From the human T2T-CHM13v2.0 reference genome, Homo sapiens, in assembly GCF_009914755.1 (NCBI RefSeq), contig NC_060925.1: 64,000 nt of DNA. One strand, 5' to 3'. Within the stretch, counting starts at the first letter, position 1, and each line of letters opens with the position of its first letter. Positions 43,164-55,085 of this stretch are shown here, in pieces. The translations under genes and the position numbers were made by a program. Under the pieces are notes generated by a model, which was given only the letters and a program-made list of their open reading frames with translations, had not been told where the DNA came from and made no database searches.

Positions 43164-43668
43164 ATGGAAACGCTCAAGAGAGTAATAGAATATTTTTGTT
43201 CCAACATTAAATCACGAATCAAAAAAAGCTCTAAGTGAATGTTTCAAATCATTAATTAGTAAGTATTAAATCTGGAAGAAATCAAAGAATCTTTCTCCAT
43301 TTCTGGCAAAAATATTCTTTTAATATATCTTTTGAAACATTTTGAATATTAAATAATGTCATTAAAATAAAAAATCTTAGATACCGTAATGCTCATCTTT
43401 GCAGCATATTTAAACACAGTTTTAAAAGTCAAATTTGTTTTATCTTTCAGGTTGAGTTTAAGTTTTTCTGTTTTTTAATTGCCAACAATTTTTCTGCAGT
43501 TGTAATCACCATAATGTTGCAACCTTCACAGCCTGAATTGAATTTGTTCCGTTCATTAAAAATATCAGCAAAACACGCAAATTGGAGCAAGCATGTTATA
43601 TCTGGCGGTATTTAGCTGGGTAGAGTTCCTACATTTGCAAAAGGAAAAAATATATATATAGGTATGTA

Positions 43669-44242
43669 CAGTCATGTGCCACATAACAATGGTTTGGTCA
43701 ATGATAAAGTGTGATGAGACAGTTGTCCTGTAAGATTATAATATCTATTGTCCTGTAAGATGAAAAAAGCCCATTGCCTAATATTGTAGCTGTCGTAAAG
43801 TTGTAGAGCAATCACACTTCAGAGTAATTTTAGTGTGGTCTAAGTGTAGTGTTTATAACGTCAGCAGTGGTATCATGTTCTAGGCCCTCACATTTACTCA
43901 CCACTCACTGACACCCAGAGCTGCTTCCAGTCCTGCAAGCTCCATTCATGGTAAGTGCCCTCTACAAGTGTACCACTTTTTATCTTTCATGCAATGTTTT
44001 TACTGTCCTTTTTCTATGTTTAGATACACAAATACTTACCATTGTGTTACAATTCAGTACAGTAAGATTCAGTACAGTAACATGCCATACAGGTTTGTAG
44101 CTTGACAGCAATAGTCTGTACCATATAGCCTAGGTGTGTACTAGGCTATTGTAACTGCACGCTGTGATGTTCACACAACGATGAAATCACCTAACAATAC
44201 ATTTCTCAGAACATACACCAGTTGTTAAGCAATGCATGACTG
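43669..44242 (+). mobile_element. Tigger3c-like (MER7) MITE
   Basis: TIRs CAGTCATGTGCCACATAACAA and TTGTTAAGCAATGCATGACTG with TA TSD; homologous to the copy at 13301-15535. Confidence 0.88.
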
Positions 44243-45787
44243 TATATACGTGTGTGTATGTAGGTATGTATATAGTGATTTTGTCTCACTATATATACAT
44301 AGTGTCATTTAAATATTCCTACCAGTATCACATCTTCTCTAGAGATAGACATCAAACTTTACTATGAAAAGGCAAATTTTTACATACCTTTACAAATCAT
44401 TGTTAATAAAATTGACAATTTCCATAGCAATATCCAATGCCAAGTTGAAAGATCCTAGCACAGTGCTTATCTGTGCAACTTACCATTGTAGGATAGCACC
44501 ATTATCCTAAGCACCACTAAGACCAGACCAGTTTCTTACATCTTAGAATGTTAATTTTATAATTGTTGGAAGTACTCTTTAAAGTTTTTAAAAACAATGT
44601 TAAATCACAGAGCGCTGTTTCATAAAGTGAGGAATATATGGAGAATAAAATTGGTTAAGATGTTCGTGACACGTCTTCACAAAGTCCCAGTCTTCTGAAC
44701 CACTTGGCAATTGAGAACCATCATTGTGTTTCCCACAGAGCCGCTGCCCATAAGGAAGAAGCAGCTGCTAGAATGGGCTTTTCTTGTTCTCAGGACTCTG
44801 CCCCCTGCCTTGGACACCCAGATTCAGTGTGTGAGGGCAGGCAGTGACAACTGTCACCTTTCCACAGCCTGGCCATCCTCAGGTGGAAGCCCACTCAGAG
44901 ACTGACCACGTGGAAACCCACGCAACCTGGGGCCGATCAAGTGTGAGAAACCCATGTGGTTCCTCCTCCTGGGGCTGCTGACTGGGGCTACAGACGCTGG
45001 GCATTTTTGCCAATTTACTTGATGGTGTGTTTAAAAACTAGCTGAATGGAGTGTTTGCTTTTTGGCCCTCGTGAATGTGTCAGGTTTTACATCCAACAAA
45101 TCTTGCTCATCTTGGTGAACATATTTTGTGAAAATCATTACAATGAAGAAACCCAGCACATGGGCACTCTTACCGAGATGAACTGTAGAATGTCCCAATC
45201 TCAGCTTTTGGTCTCAGCCATCAAGCCACGGCCAAGCTTCTCAGATCCTTCTCTGGGCTCTGTTATCAGATGGTGGCATATTTTGCTGCTCATTTTATCC
45301 ACTTCATGGCAAGTTTACCTAATAAGTTATGTTTTTTCTCATTGTATAACTTCAGTTGATATGTGTAATAGAGGTAACTTCTGTTGCACAGACCCATGCA
45401 TGTATTTTATGTTCTGGTGTAATTTGTTTTTATATATTTTTCAGTAACATTCCATTTGCACTGAAATAAGATGAAAGCCCTATTTTTATGTTTTGTTTTA
45501 TCTTCAAAAGATATCTTAGTTTGGCAGGAACAGCATAAGCATACTAAGGGAATGAGAAGATGTTTGTCATGATAAGTGATGAACCCAGAGAGGCAAGTAT
45601 GACATCACTCTCTGGACTTCAAGGGGCCATTTTCACTCCTTTGCTTTTCTGTCTTACAGTTTGTCATTGTGGGTGGCGACTGAGTGAGAATTGATTGGAA
45701 TATTGGTATGATGTCATTTACAGTACACATGACTGGAAGATAAGGGAAGATGAAGTCGCTATCTTGAACATATCTACTCCTTAGTTC

Positions 45788-45871
45788 CTGCTGGCATTCA
45801 CCCTTGCAAACTCCCAGCTTTCAGGCTGCTCTTTGTTAGAAAATGATTTGGGGCAGCTTTTCATTAAAAAG
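45788..45871 (-). mobile_element. Short fragment of an LTR9-like ERV1 LTR
   Basis: Reverse complement aligns to about 63300-63415 of the LTR at the window end, with an internal deletion. Confidence 0.65.
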
Positions 45872-45915
45872 ACCCATGCTACAAGTTAGGAAGACTGAGG
45901 AGTGGAGGCTCATAA

Positions 45916-46328
<413 letters not shown>

Positions 46329-46584
46329 GCCATTTCATTAAAGTCCATTTGATATCCCTAATCCTCATTCTTAATACCTATAACCCCCAAAATTTGCCTT
46401 CTCAAATTTTAATCTGTAAAAATTGTAAAACTTTAAGCCTTTTAAAATTGTCTTATTTTACACCATCTAATAAGAATAACTTCCAACTTATCCACAAAGG
46501 TGCTTCTGGTGGGGTCCAGCTATTAACGCATGTGTATGATTTGCTTGCAAATATTTCCCAAATTCAATTATTAGAAATCTCTGC

Positions 46585-46586
<2 letters not shown>

Positions 46587-46616
<30 letters not shown>
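46587..46616. repeat. Poly(T)30
   Basis: 30 consecutive T with no adjoining Alu body. Confidence 0.97.
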
Positions 46617-46617
<1 letters not shown>

Positions 46618-47723
46618 GCGTCCTACCTAACCCTCTTTTGTTTTCATACACTGAGTTGAAAATTTCAAGGACTTTTCCACACTAACTCCTAAATCCCATT
46701 TCCGTTTTCCTGTTTATCTTAAGTAGGATTTAGATAATGTGTGGCTAAGTAGACACAAATACTACCAGAAAAGAAACGAGGAGGGGAGGAAGAGGGAGGA
46801 AGAAGGTAGGGAGTGAATCTGCTGGAGGTGACAGACAGCAAGCAGCATAAGGAAGAAGTATGCTCGCTAGACCAGCAGGCCGTCCTTCTGCTGACGATAT
46901 GGACTGCAAGTGCCTATGTTTAATTTGACCAAGATGGCCTTTCTTTTCATGGAAAGTCGGGGTTCAGCCCTTGAATTTCATAAGACCTCTCTTTGCAGTG
47001 GGTTAGATGCTCTTTTATCTTTTTATAGTCTGTCAGGAAAACATATTTTTTTCCATATAAAAATCAGTCTTTTAAAGTGATGGTGAGTCAGTTACTGGGA
47101 TTTCAGGACCTAACTTCTTCTCCTTACAAGCAGTGAATAAAACCAAGAGAAACAAGCCTTTCCTCTGCAGAAGCTGCCCCCCTTTGTCCTGGCTGTTCCC
47201 CTTTCTGTTCTGGGCATTTCTGGCAGGGTCTCCAGGAGGTAACAGAGCGAGAAGGGTCCGATTTCAAACAGAGGTCATTAGAGAGCTGGTCATAATACAA
47301 GGTGTTGGAATTAGCACATCAATCGTAAGAAGATAGAATGCTTATAGAGTTTTAAAATATGATCTTAACATTTTATTTCTCCCAATCTTGTTTGTACTTT
47401 TCATGCACGCTGTTGATAAACAATGACCATTTCTATTTGCATAGCTTTGCAGTTTACAAAGGTTGTTTACTTCTGTTATTTTGGTGAATCCTTACAACTT
47501 GGCATAGGGTGTATTTCTACTATTATCCTCACTTTATAGAGTATAAACTAAGGTTAAGAGATGAGTGGCCTCCCTGGGAAAACTTGGTATAGCTAGGGGT
47601 TGAACTCACATATTCCAAACATGGGATTGGAATTCCAAATTTGGGACCCTTTGTTGAGCCACAGGTATTTCCCAATGTATGGTTTGACAAGGACCAGTAA
47701 CTTCAATCCAGGCCGTATGTGAA

Positions 47724-48189
47724 TGTGATGGTTAATACTGAGTGTCAATTTGATTGGATTGAAGGATACAAAGTATTGATCCTGGGTGCGTCTGTGGGGG
47801 TGTTGCCAAAGGAGGGTAACATTTCAGTCAGTGGGCTGGGAAAGGCAGACCCACCCTTAATCTGGGTGAGCACAATCTTATCAGCTGCCAGCATGGCTAG
47901 AATACAAGCAGGCAGAAAAACGTGACAAGAGAGACTGGCCTAGCCTCCCAGCCTACATCTTTCTCCTGTACTGGACGCTTCCTGCCTTCGAACATCAGAC
48001 TCTAAGTTCTTCAGTTTTGGAACTCGGACTGGCTCTTCTTGCTACTCAGCCTGCAGACGACCTATTGTGGGACCTTGTGATCGTGTGAGTTAATACTTAA
48101 TAAACTCCCATATATATACATATATATATATATGTACATATATATGTACATATTCCATTAGTTCTGTCTCTCTAGAGAACTCTAATACA
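47724..48189 (+). mobile_element. MLT2A1-like (HERV-L) solo LTR
   Basis: TGTGATGGTTAATACTGAGTGTCAA...AGAGAAC.CTAATACA; internal (TA)n; AATAAA at 48099; perfect TSD GTGAA. Confidence 0.92.
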
Positions 48190-48987
48190 GTGAATTATAT
48201 AATTTCAAATTATTTGAGTAAAAATTGATAGGATTTGACTATAATTTACCCTTGAGCAAAAGGGCAAACTCACTTAAGAGTAATAAGTAATGGCTTCTAT
48301 CTAAATCCTCCTGTGGAGAGGGGGGGTGCAGAGAAAAAAGAGTTACTAGAAAATTCTCAGTTGCTCTGAATTACGCGCCTCCTTCAGTAACTTTAGAAAA
48401 ACTGAAAGAATAAACAAAGCCCTGAAACCAGCTTCAAATGATCTCGGGCTGTTTCACCGACGTGCTGACTGAGTTCATAAGCTAGCGCCTTCTTTACGAG
48501 ATAACCTGTCCAGTGAATAAAGGAGGGCTTCAGCCAACGCTGGGGAGGAGCAACGGGAAAGGATGGGATGGGTTGTTCCCATCAGCACAGCCTGAACTTT
48601 CACACACCCCGCGCGCCCTGCTTTGTGAAAGACTGAAGGGCATTTAGAGACATGGCCCAGTTCTAGCAGCCAGCTCAGGGGGAATGTAAGAGGACACCGT
48701 GTCAGGGCCAAAAACCCCATTTCTGCCTGCGTGAAGGAGGTTCCAGCAGCAGCTGCAGATAGCTGGGAGGACTGTGTGGGCCACCTAAGGACACATCAGA
48801 TCCTGGCAGTGGAAGTGGGGCAGGGTCGGAGGGGAGTCTGGACTGGTCTGGGCAACAGAATGAGACCTACTCTCCTAAAAAAAAAAAAAAAGAAAGAAAC
48901 AAATAATGTTAACTTTAGAAACATTTTATTTAACCCAATATAGCCAACATATTATCATTTCAACCCATAATCAATATAAAAAGTGTT

Positions 48988-49098
48988 TTATTTTCAGTAT
49001 GTATTTAAGGTGTACAACCTGATATTGATATACATATATGTAGTGAAGTGATTACTACAGTCAAGCAAATTAACATGCCCATTATCCATATAGTTAGC

Positions 49099-49138
<40 letters not shown>

Positions 49139-49320
49139 TTAAGTGTATCTAAAATCTACCCTCTTAGCAAATTTCCAGTATACAACACAATACAATATTA
49201 TTAACTATGGTCCTCATGTTGTACATTAAATCTCTTAGACTTACTCATCTTACATAACTGCAACTCTGTACCCTTTGATGGACAACTTCCCATCCTCCCT
49301 GCCCTCTCCACCACTGCCCT
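48988..49320 (-). mobile_element. L1MA 3' UTR fragment containing (TG)18 at 49102-49137
   Basis: AAAATCTAC.CTCTTAGCAAATTTC.AGTATACAA..ATTAACTAT.GTCCTCATG.TGTACATTA. Confidence 0.8.
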
Positions 49321-49338
49321 CAAAATTGTTAATATGAA

Positions 49339-49630
49339 GGGCACTGTGGCTCATGCCTGTGGTCTTAGCACTTTGAGAGGCTGAGGTGGGAGGATCACTT
49401 GAGCCTAGGAGTTTGAGACCAGCCTGGGTGAACTGGCGAAAACCCTGTCTCTACAAAAAATACAAAAATTAGCCAGGTGTGGTGGCATGTGCCTGTAGTC
49501 CCAGCTACTCAGGAGGCTGAGGTGGGAGGATCACCTGAGCCCGGGAAGGTCGAGACGGTGAATCGTGATTGCATCACTGCATCCCAGCCTGGGCAAGAGT
49601 GAGATCCTGTCTTAAAAAATTAATAAATAA
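49339..49630 (+). mobile_element. AluJ
   Basis: J-type dimer; TSD AAAA(T/G)TGTTAAT(A/G)TGAAG. Confidence 0.9.
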
Positions 49631-50101
49631 AAAGTGTTAATGTGAAGTTTTATGTTCTTCTTTTTGCCCTATCTTCCTAACTTGACATGGATTTTACCCT
49701 TACAGCACGTCTCAGTTTAGACCAGTCCCAGTTTAAGTGCTGGATTGCCACAGGGGTCTTGGGGCTCCACATTGGACTCTGAAGTTGTAAAGTATTCTGT
49801 TGCATAAATCCACCAGAATTTGTATCAAGGAAAAAAGATGATAAGCGAAAGTGGAAGAGATTGATTTTTTATGGCAGAACTTCTCAGAGCTCTCAGTAGC
49901 ATAAAATACGTTGTGAAACTCTAGGATGACAAAGCAGGCACTAGCATTTGTCAAATGAGAAATGATTAAATGAACCTTGCTTATGCAAATGGATGAGAAT
50001 TGGAAAAACACATGACAAAATAAAAGTTGGACTGAGCGATTCGATTTGAAAAAATTTCAGGTTATGCCACATAGATGTACAGTAAATGAAAACTATTTTT
50101 T

Positions 50102-50440
50102 GGCTGGGCACAGTGGCTCACACCTGTAATCCCAGTGCTTTGGGACGTCAAGGCAGAAGGATCCCTTTAGCCCAGGAGTGTGAGACCAGCCTGCGCAACA
50201 TAACAGACTTATTTTCTACAAAAAATTTAGCTGAGTGTGGTGGTGCACACCTGTAGTCCTAGCTACTGCAAGGCTGAGGTGGGAGAATCACTTGAGCCCA
50301 GGAGTTCAAGGTTTCAGTGATCTATGATCACCCCACAGCATTCCAGCTCCAGCCTGAGTGACAGAGCAAGACCTTGTCTCTATAAGAAGAAGGAGGAGGA
50401 GGAGGAGGAGGAGGAGAAGGAGAAGCAGCAGAAGCAGCAG
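50102..50440 (+). mobile_element. AluJ with GAA/GGA/GCA triplet tail
   Basis: J-type dimer; TSD GAAAACT(A/C)TTTTTT encloses both the Alu and the triplet run. Confidence 0.9.
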
Positions 50441-51462
50441 AAAACTCTTTTTTAAACTTGTTTGTCTCTGAGAAGGGAAACAAGCTAAATGCTATTGGTC
50501 AGTAATAACTTGGTAGAAATGCCCTCGGCTGGAATTTTCAGTGCCACAGCAAGTGGAGAGCCAGCATGATGGAGACTGGGCTGATGCAGGGGACTAGGGA
50601 GAGGCGGGAGCACCCACTGTGCAGGTAGCTGGATGCGACAAGCATGGTCTCACACTCCTCCTGCTTGCTCTGCGAGTGCCACTTGTGCTCGATTGAGCTG
50701 CCCTTCCCCAGGTCCCTCCATTTCTAGCTCCCGTTTGCCACTTAGCCACTCCCTGGCATATTTCAGGCCCTGTCTCAGTCTGCCCACAGCCAGGTCCCCA
50801 CTACTACTTTGTGGGGACACTGCTGTTGCTCCTCCGTGGACAGAAGGCAATTCAGATGCCATCTCTGTGGCAGAGTGAGAGCTGCATGCCTCAGATCCCT
50901 GGGGAAGCCTCTCAGTGAGGCTGCAATTCCAGGTCACCATTTAGGGCTCCCATCCACAGCACTAACTGGCCGCCTTCTGAAAGATACTGAGTTTGGTCGT
51001 GTTAGAGCAACTTTTTTTTGAGGACCTCAAAGTGGCTTCATATCTCCATCTCCCTGCAGCCGATAACTTTTCTGGTAAGGCTTCAGAGGACAGAGATGGG
51101 GGCCCATCACAGAGACAGCCAGGCCTGTGGTGGTCCTGTCCTGGAGAAAAGGGTGCCTTCTGGCTCCCAGCTCTGCCTCCCAGATGGTGGCTGTCCCTTG
51201 TCCCAGTGGGCTCTGGCTCCCAAATGCTGAGCTCTGATGCAGCAGATGTGAATAAAGCCACAGACTGAGAGTGAATCTCTAACCGACACCTGTGCATGAT
51301 CACTAGAAGGAGGCTCAGAGGAGACAGCCTTTCCCAGCAGGCAAAAGGAGACAAAGAGATGACTTTTCCATATGAGAATTATTTTCTGTGATTTAATATG
51401 ACTCATTTATTGACTGCTTTCAAAACCCTGTGTTGCTGTGGTTGCAAAGGGAGAATGGTCAC

Positions 51463-51832
51463 TGTCTTAGTCCATTCCAGCTGCTATAACAAAATGCCTT
51501 GGGCTGGGCATCTTCCAAGACACAGAAACTCCTTCCTCACTGCTGTGGAGGCTGGAACTCCATGAAGAAGGTGCCAAAGATTCCGTGTCTGGTGAGGGCT
51601 CATTTTCTGGTCCACAGACGGCACCTTCTTTCTGTGTCCTCACATGGTGGAAGGGATGAGGGAGCTCTCTGGGATCTCTTTTATAAGGCCACTCATCCAA
51701 CTCATGAGGGCCCCACCCTCATGGGCTAATCACCTCCCAAAGGCCCCAACTCCAAATATCATCACATTGGAGGTTAAAATTTCAAAATATGAATGTTGGG
51801 GTGAGGGGGGGACAAACATTCAGACCATAGCA
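51463..51832 (-). mobile_element. MLT1A/MST-type MaLR solo LTR
   Basis: TGTCTTAGTCCATT..GCTATAACAAAATGCC...ACATTCAGACCATAGCA; TSD GTCAC/GTCCC. Confidence 0.88.
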
Positions 51833-53790
51833 GTCCCCTTAACTTGTTTGTTTCTCTCACTTCCTTTCTTTGAAAGAAAGTTCCAATACACTGAGTGCTT
51901 CCCAAGAGCTCTCACACATAATCACACCATGCCTGCCATCCACTCTCTTAAGTACTACTGGTTTTCTTTACAACATTGATGGGGGAGAGAAGCTGGATTA
52001 TGGAAGAAACTTTTACTTGTTTGTCTAGAAAATGTAAAAGAAGATAACAACAATTTTGAGCAACGGGAAAATGTAAATTTCTAAAAATCTTATCCAAGTG
52101 CTGGCAAGAAGAGGAACAGGGATTTATCTCTCCTCTCTGTCTGTCCCTGGAGCCCATGTTTTGTCCCCGCACCTCACCACCTCTTGCTCATTCTCCCTCT
52201 CAAACCCCTACCTGGAAACACGTGGCAATAATCTCAATTATGATAGCAGTGCAGAAGGAGGATCCCTATTTTACTGATGAGGTAAATGAATAACCTGTCC
52301 AAGGACAGAAACAAATAGGAAGCAGGCTAGGATGCAAACCTGGTCCCTGAGTGCATGACATCAGCCCAGCATGACCAGGGCAGTCCTAAGTCCTTCACCA
52401 GCCTGCCTGAATGGACAAATAAGTGTTCCCCTCCCAGCTCCACCACTGGGGACCTGACCCCTTCCCCGTCCTGCCTTCTTGGGATATCTGAGGACCAGAG
52501 AGGTAGCTCTCGAGACAAGGGCCGGAGGCAGCAAAAGGAAAGGGCGACATGGCCCGCTCTCACACTATCCACCCAGCACACACTGACTGTCTGAGAGCTG
52601 AACCCTCAGACTAAGGCACTCCCCCACTTTCACTTTGACAGGAGTTCTCTGCTCCTGCTGGCTCTTCTAGTTTTCTTGGCATTCTAGTCTTGCCAGGTGG
52701 CAGCACTTTGCTGAAACACTTGTGCAATCTCTATTCTTGAGCCGGTTCCGTGAAGAGCTAGCCTTGCCAGGCAGGCTAGCCAGGCGGGAAGGAGGACAGC
52801 CCCACCCTGTGCATCCTGAACCCACCAGCCTGGGACCAGGGGTAGTCCAGGCATGCTTGAGGTCATTCCTCAGTTTCCTACCCATCAGCCATGATCTCTC
52901 TCTGGCATTTCCACATCATTTGTATCCTTGTGTTTCTGCACCATCCTCTAATTATTTTTTCTAAATTCCTCTGGAAGAGGATTTGTGAACATTGCTATAT
53001 CCCTAGTTCTAAGAATACATGAATTGTAACTAAAAAGAATTTATTAATTCCCAATTTACAAAGTGCTTTTCATAGATTGCCATTGTGCTGGTAATTCCTT
53101 TCCATTACTCTCCTGATTGTCCTCTCAATGTGCTAGCTAGCTCTTTCTCCTTCTGATTGGTCCTCAGTGAGCCATGGTTACATCAGGCCAGGGTTCCATC
53201 CAGTGGAGCTCCCAGTTGGGCAGTGGTGGGCACAGCGAGCCCAACTAGTCTGGTTGAATCCAGAGTCGAAGTTCTCCACCCTCCACTTGGGCCACCCACT
53301 GGGGACGGAGCATAAAGGGGTATGCCCTTATTTTCTTTTGTTTTTTTTTAACTCATTATTATGGAAAATTTCAAATATATATAAAATTACAGACAATATT
53401 TAATAATCCAACATATCCATTACCTGGTTTTAATAATTATCAACACATGGCAGACAGTATTTTGTCTATACACCCAGCAATTAACTGCTGCCTACCCTGA
53501 CTATGGTATAACAAATACTAGTATGAACAAATATCATATCATTGCATATCTAAGTATTTCAATTGATAAGGGCTGTTTTTAAAAATATATGATTATGATA
53601 ACATCATTCTTACTTTTTAAGAAATTAATGTTAGTCCTTAGTCTCATAATATACCCAGCCAGTGTTTGCATTTTCCCAATTGTCTTGTAATTTGTACTTC
53701 ATTTGTTTGACTCTGGATTTAATAAGAGATTCATATACTGAGATTGGTTGATTTGTCTCTGAAGTTTCTTTCTATCTACATATTCTATAA

Positions 53791-54184
<394 letters not shown>

Positions 54185-54869
54185 TTTTTTCTTTACAAAT
54201 TCTTATTGGAGAAGAAACCAGGTCATTTGTCCTGCAGTTTCCCCCAGTCTGGACTTGCTGCTATGTTCTTATGGTGTCATTTAACATGTCCCTCTGACGC
54301 TTGGATTTTTTTAAAAAGTGGAAATTAGATCTAAAGGACCTAGATCACATTGAGGGTTGATTTTCTTTTCCTAGGCGTGTGTTTCCATCAGGAATGACCT
54401 TGACTCTTAGGACCCTTGAATGGAAGATACTTCAGAGAATATGACTCCATCCAGGGCAAGGGTATTTGGTGGGAATATCAAAGGGAAATTCCCAGTGAGA
54501 GAAGAAGGACACTGGGGGTAAGACTGAAAAGTCTAAACTCTGTCTACCTCTGAGGCTGGCCCCTGTGACAACCACAAGTTGACCTGAAGCAGGCTGAAGT
54601 AGACTGTGTGATGTATTTTAACTTAAGTAATAGCAATTTTAGGATGTAAAGGCATCTCGTGTTGAGGCAACAGGAGGCCAACTTTATACATATTTGTATC
54701 TTGCCACAAACCCAGCATCATGCCAGGTGAGAAGCAAAGAAGATATCCCGATCTGATTTATTAGAGGCCTGTTTCACATCTCAATGTGACGTTTGTGGAT
54801 GCTACTATCAAAATTTTTGTCCACATGTGTTTGTAAATATACACTCACAGACAACTTGTGACTTAGAGG

Positions 54870-55085
54870 GACACCGTGGAGTCTCACAGGCTTTAGCATT
54901 AGAGGGATATGGGTTCAAATCTAGCTTCTGCCACCCTCTAGCTGAGTAACTGTAGACAAAAGCTTTGGTCTCCTTGTCAGAAAAATTGGGATATTGTATC
55001 ATTATTTACCTTATGGGTTGTGAATTTTAGAGAAAATTAGTATAAAATGCCTAGTATAGTGCTCTCAATAAATGCACACATGCTA
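54870..55085 (+). mobile_element. MIR
   Basis: GGGTTCAAATCTAGCTTCTGCCAC..TAGCTG.GTAACT..ATTTACCTTATGGGTTGTGA. Confidence 0.7.

Larger units (their letters stand above)
48893..49780 (+). mobile_element. MER33-like hAT MITE interrupted by an L1MA fragment and an AluJ
   Basis: ATTTTATTTAACCCAATATA..ATTATCATTTCAAC, resuming after the inserts as TTACAGCAC.TCTCA.TT..GAC. Confidence 0.65.
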
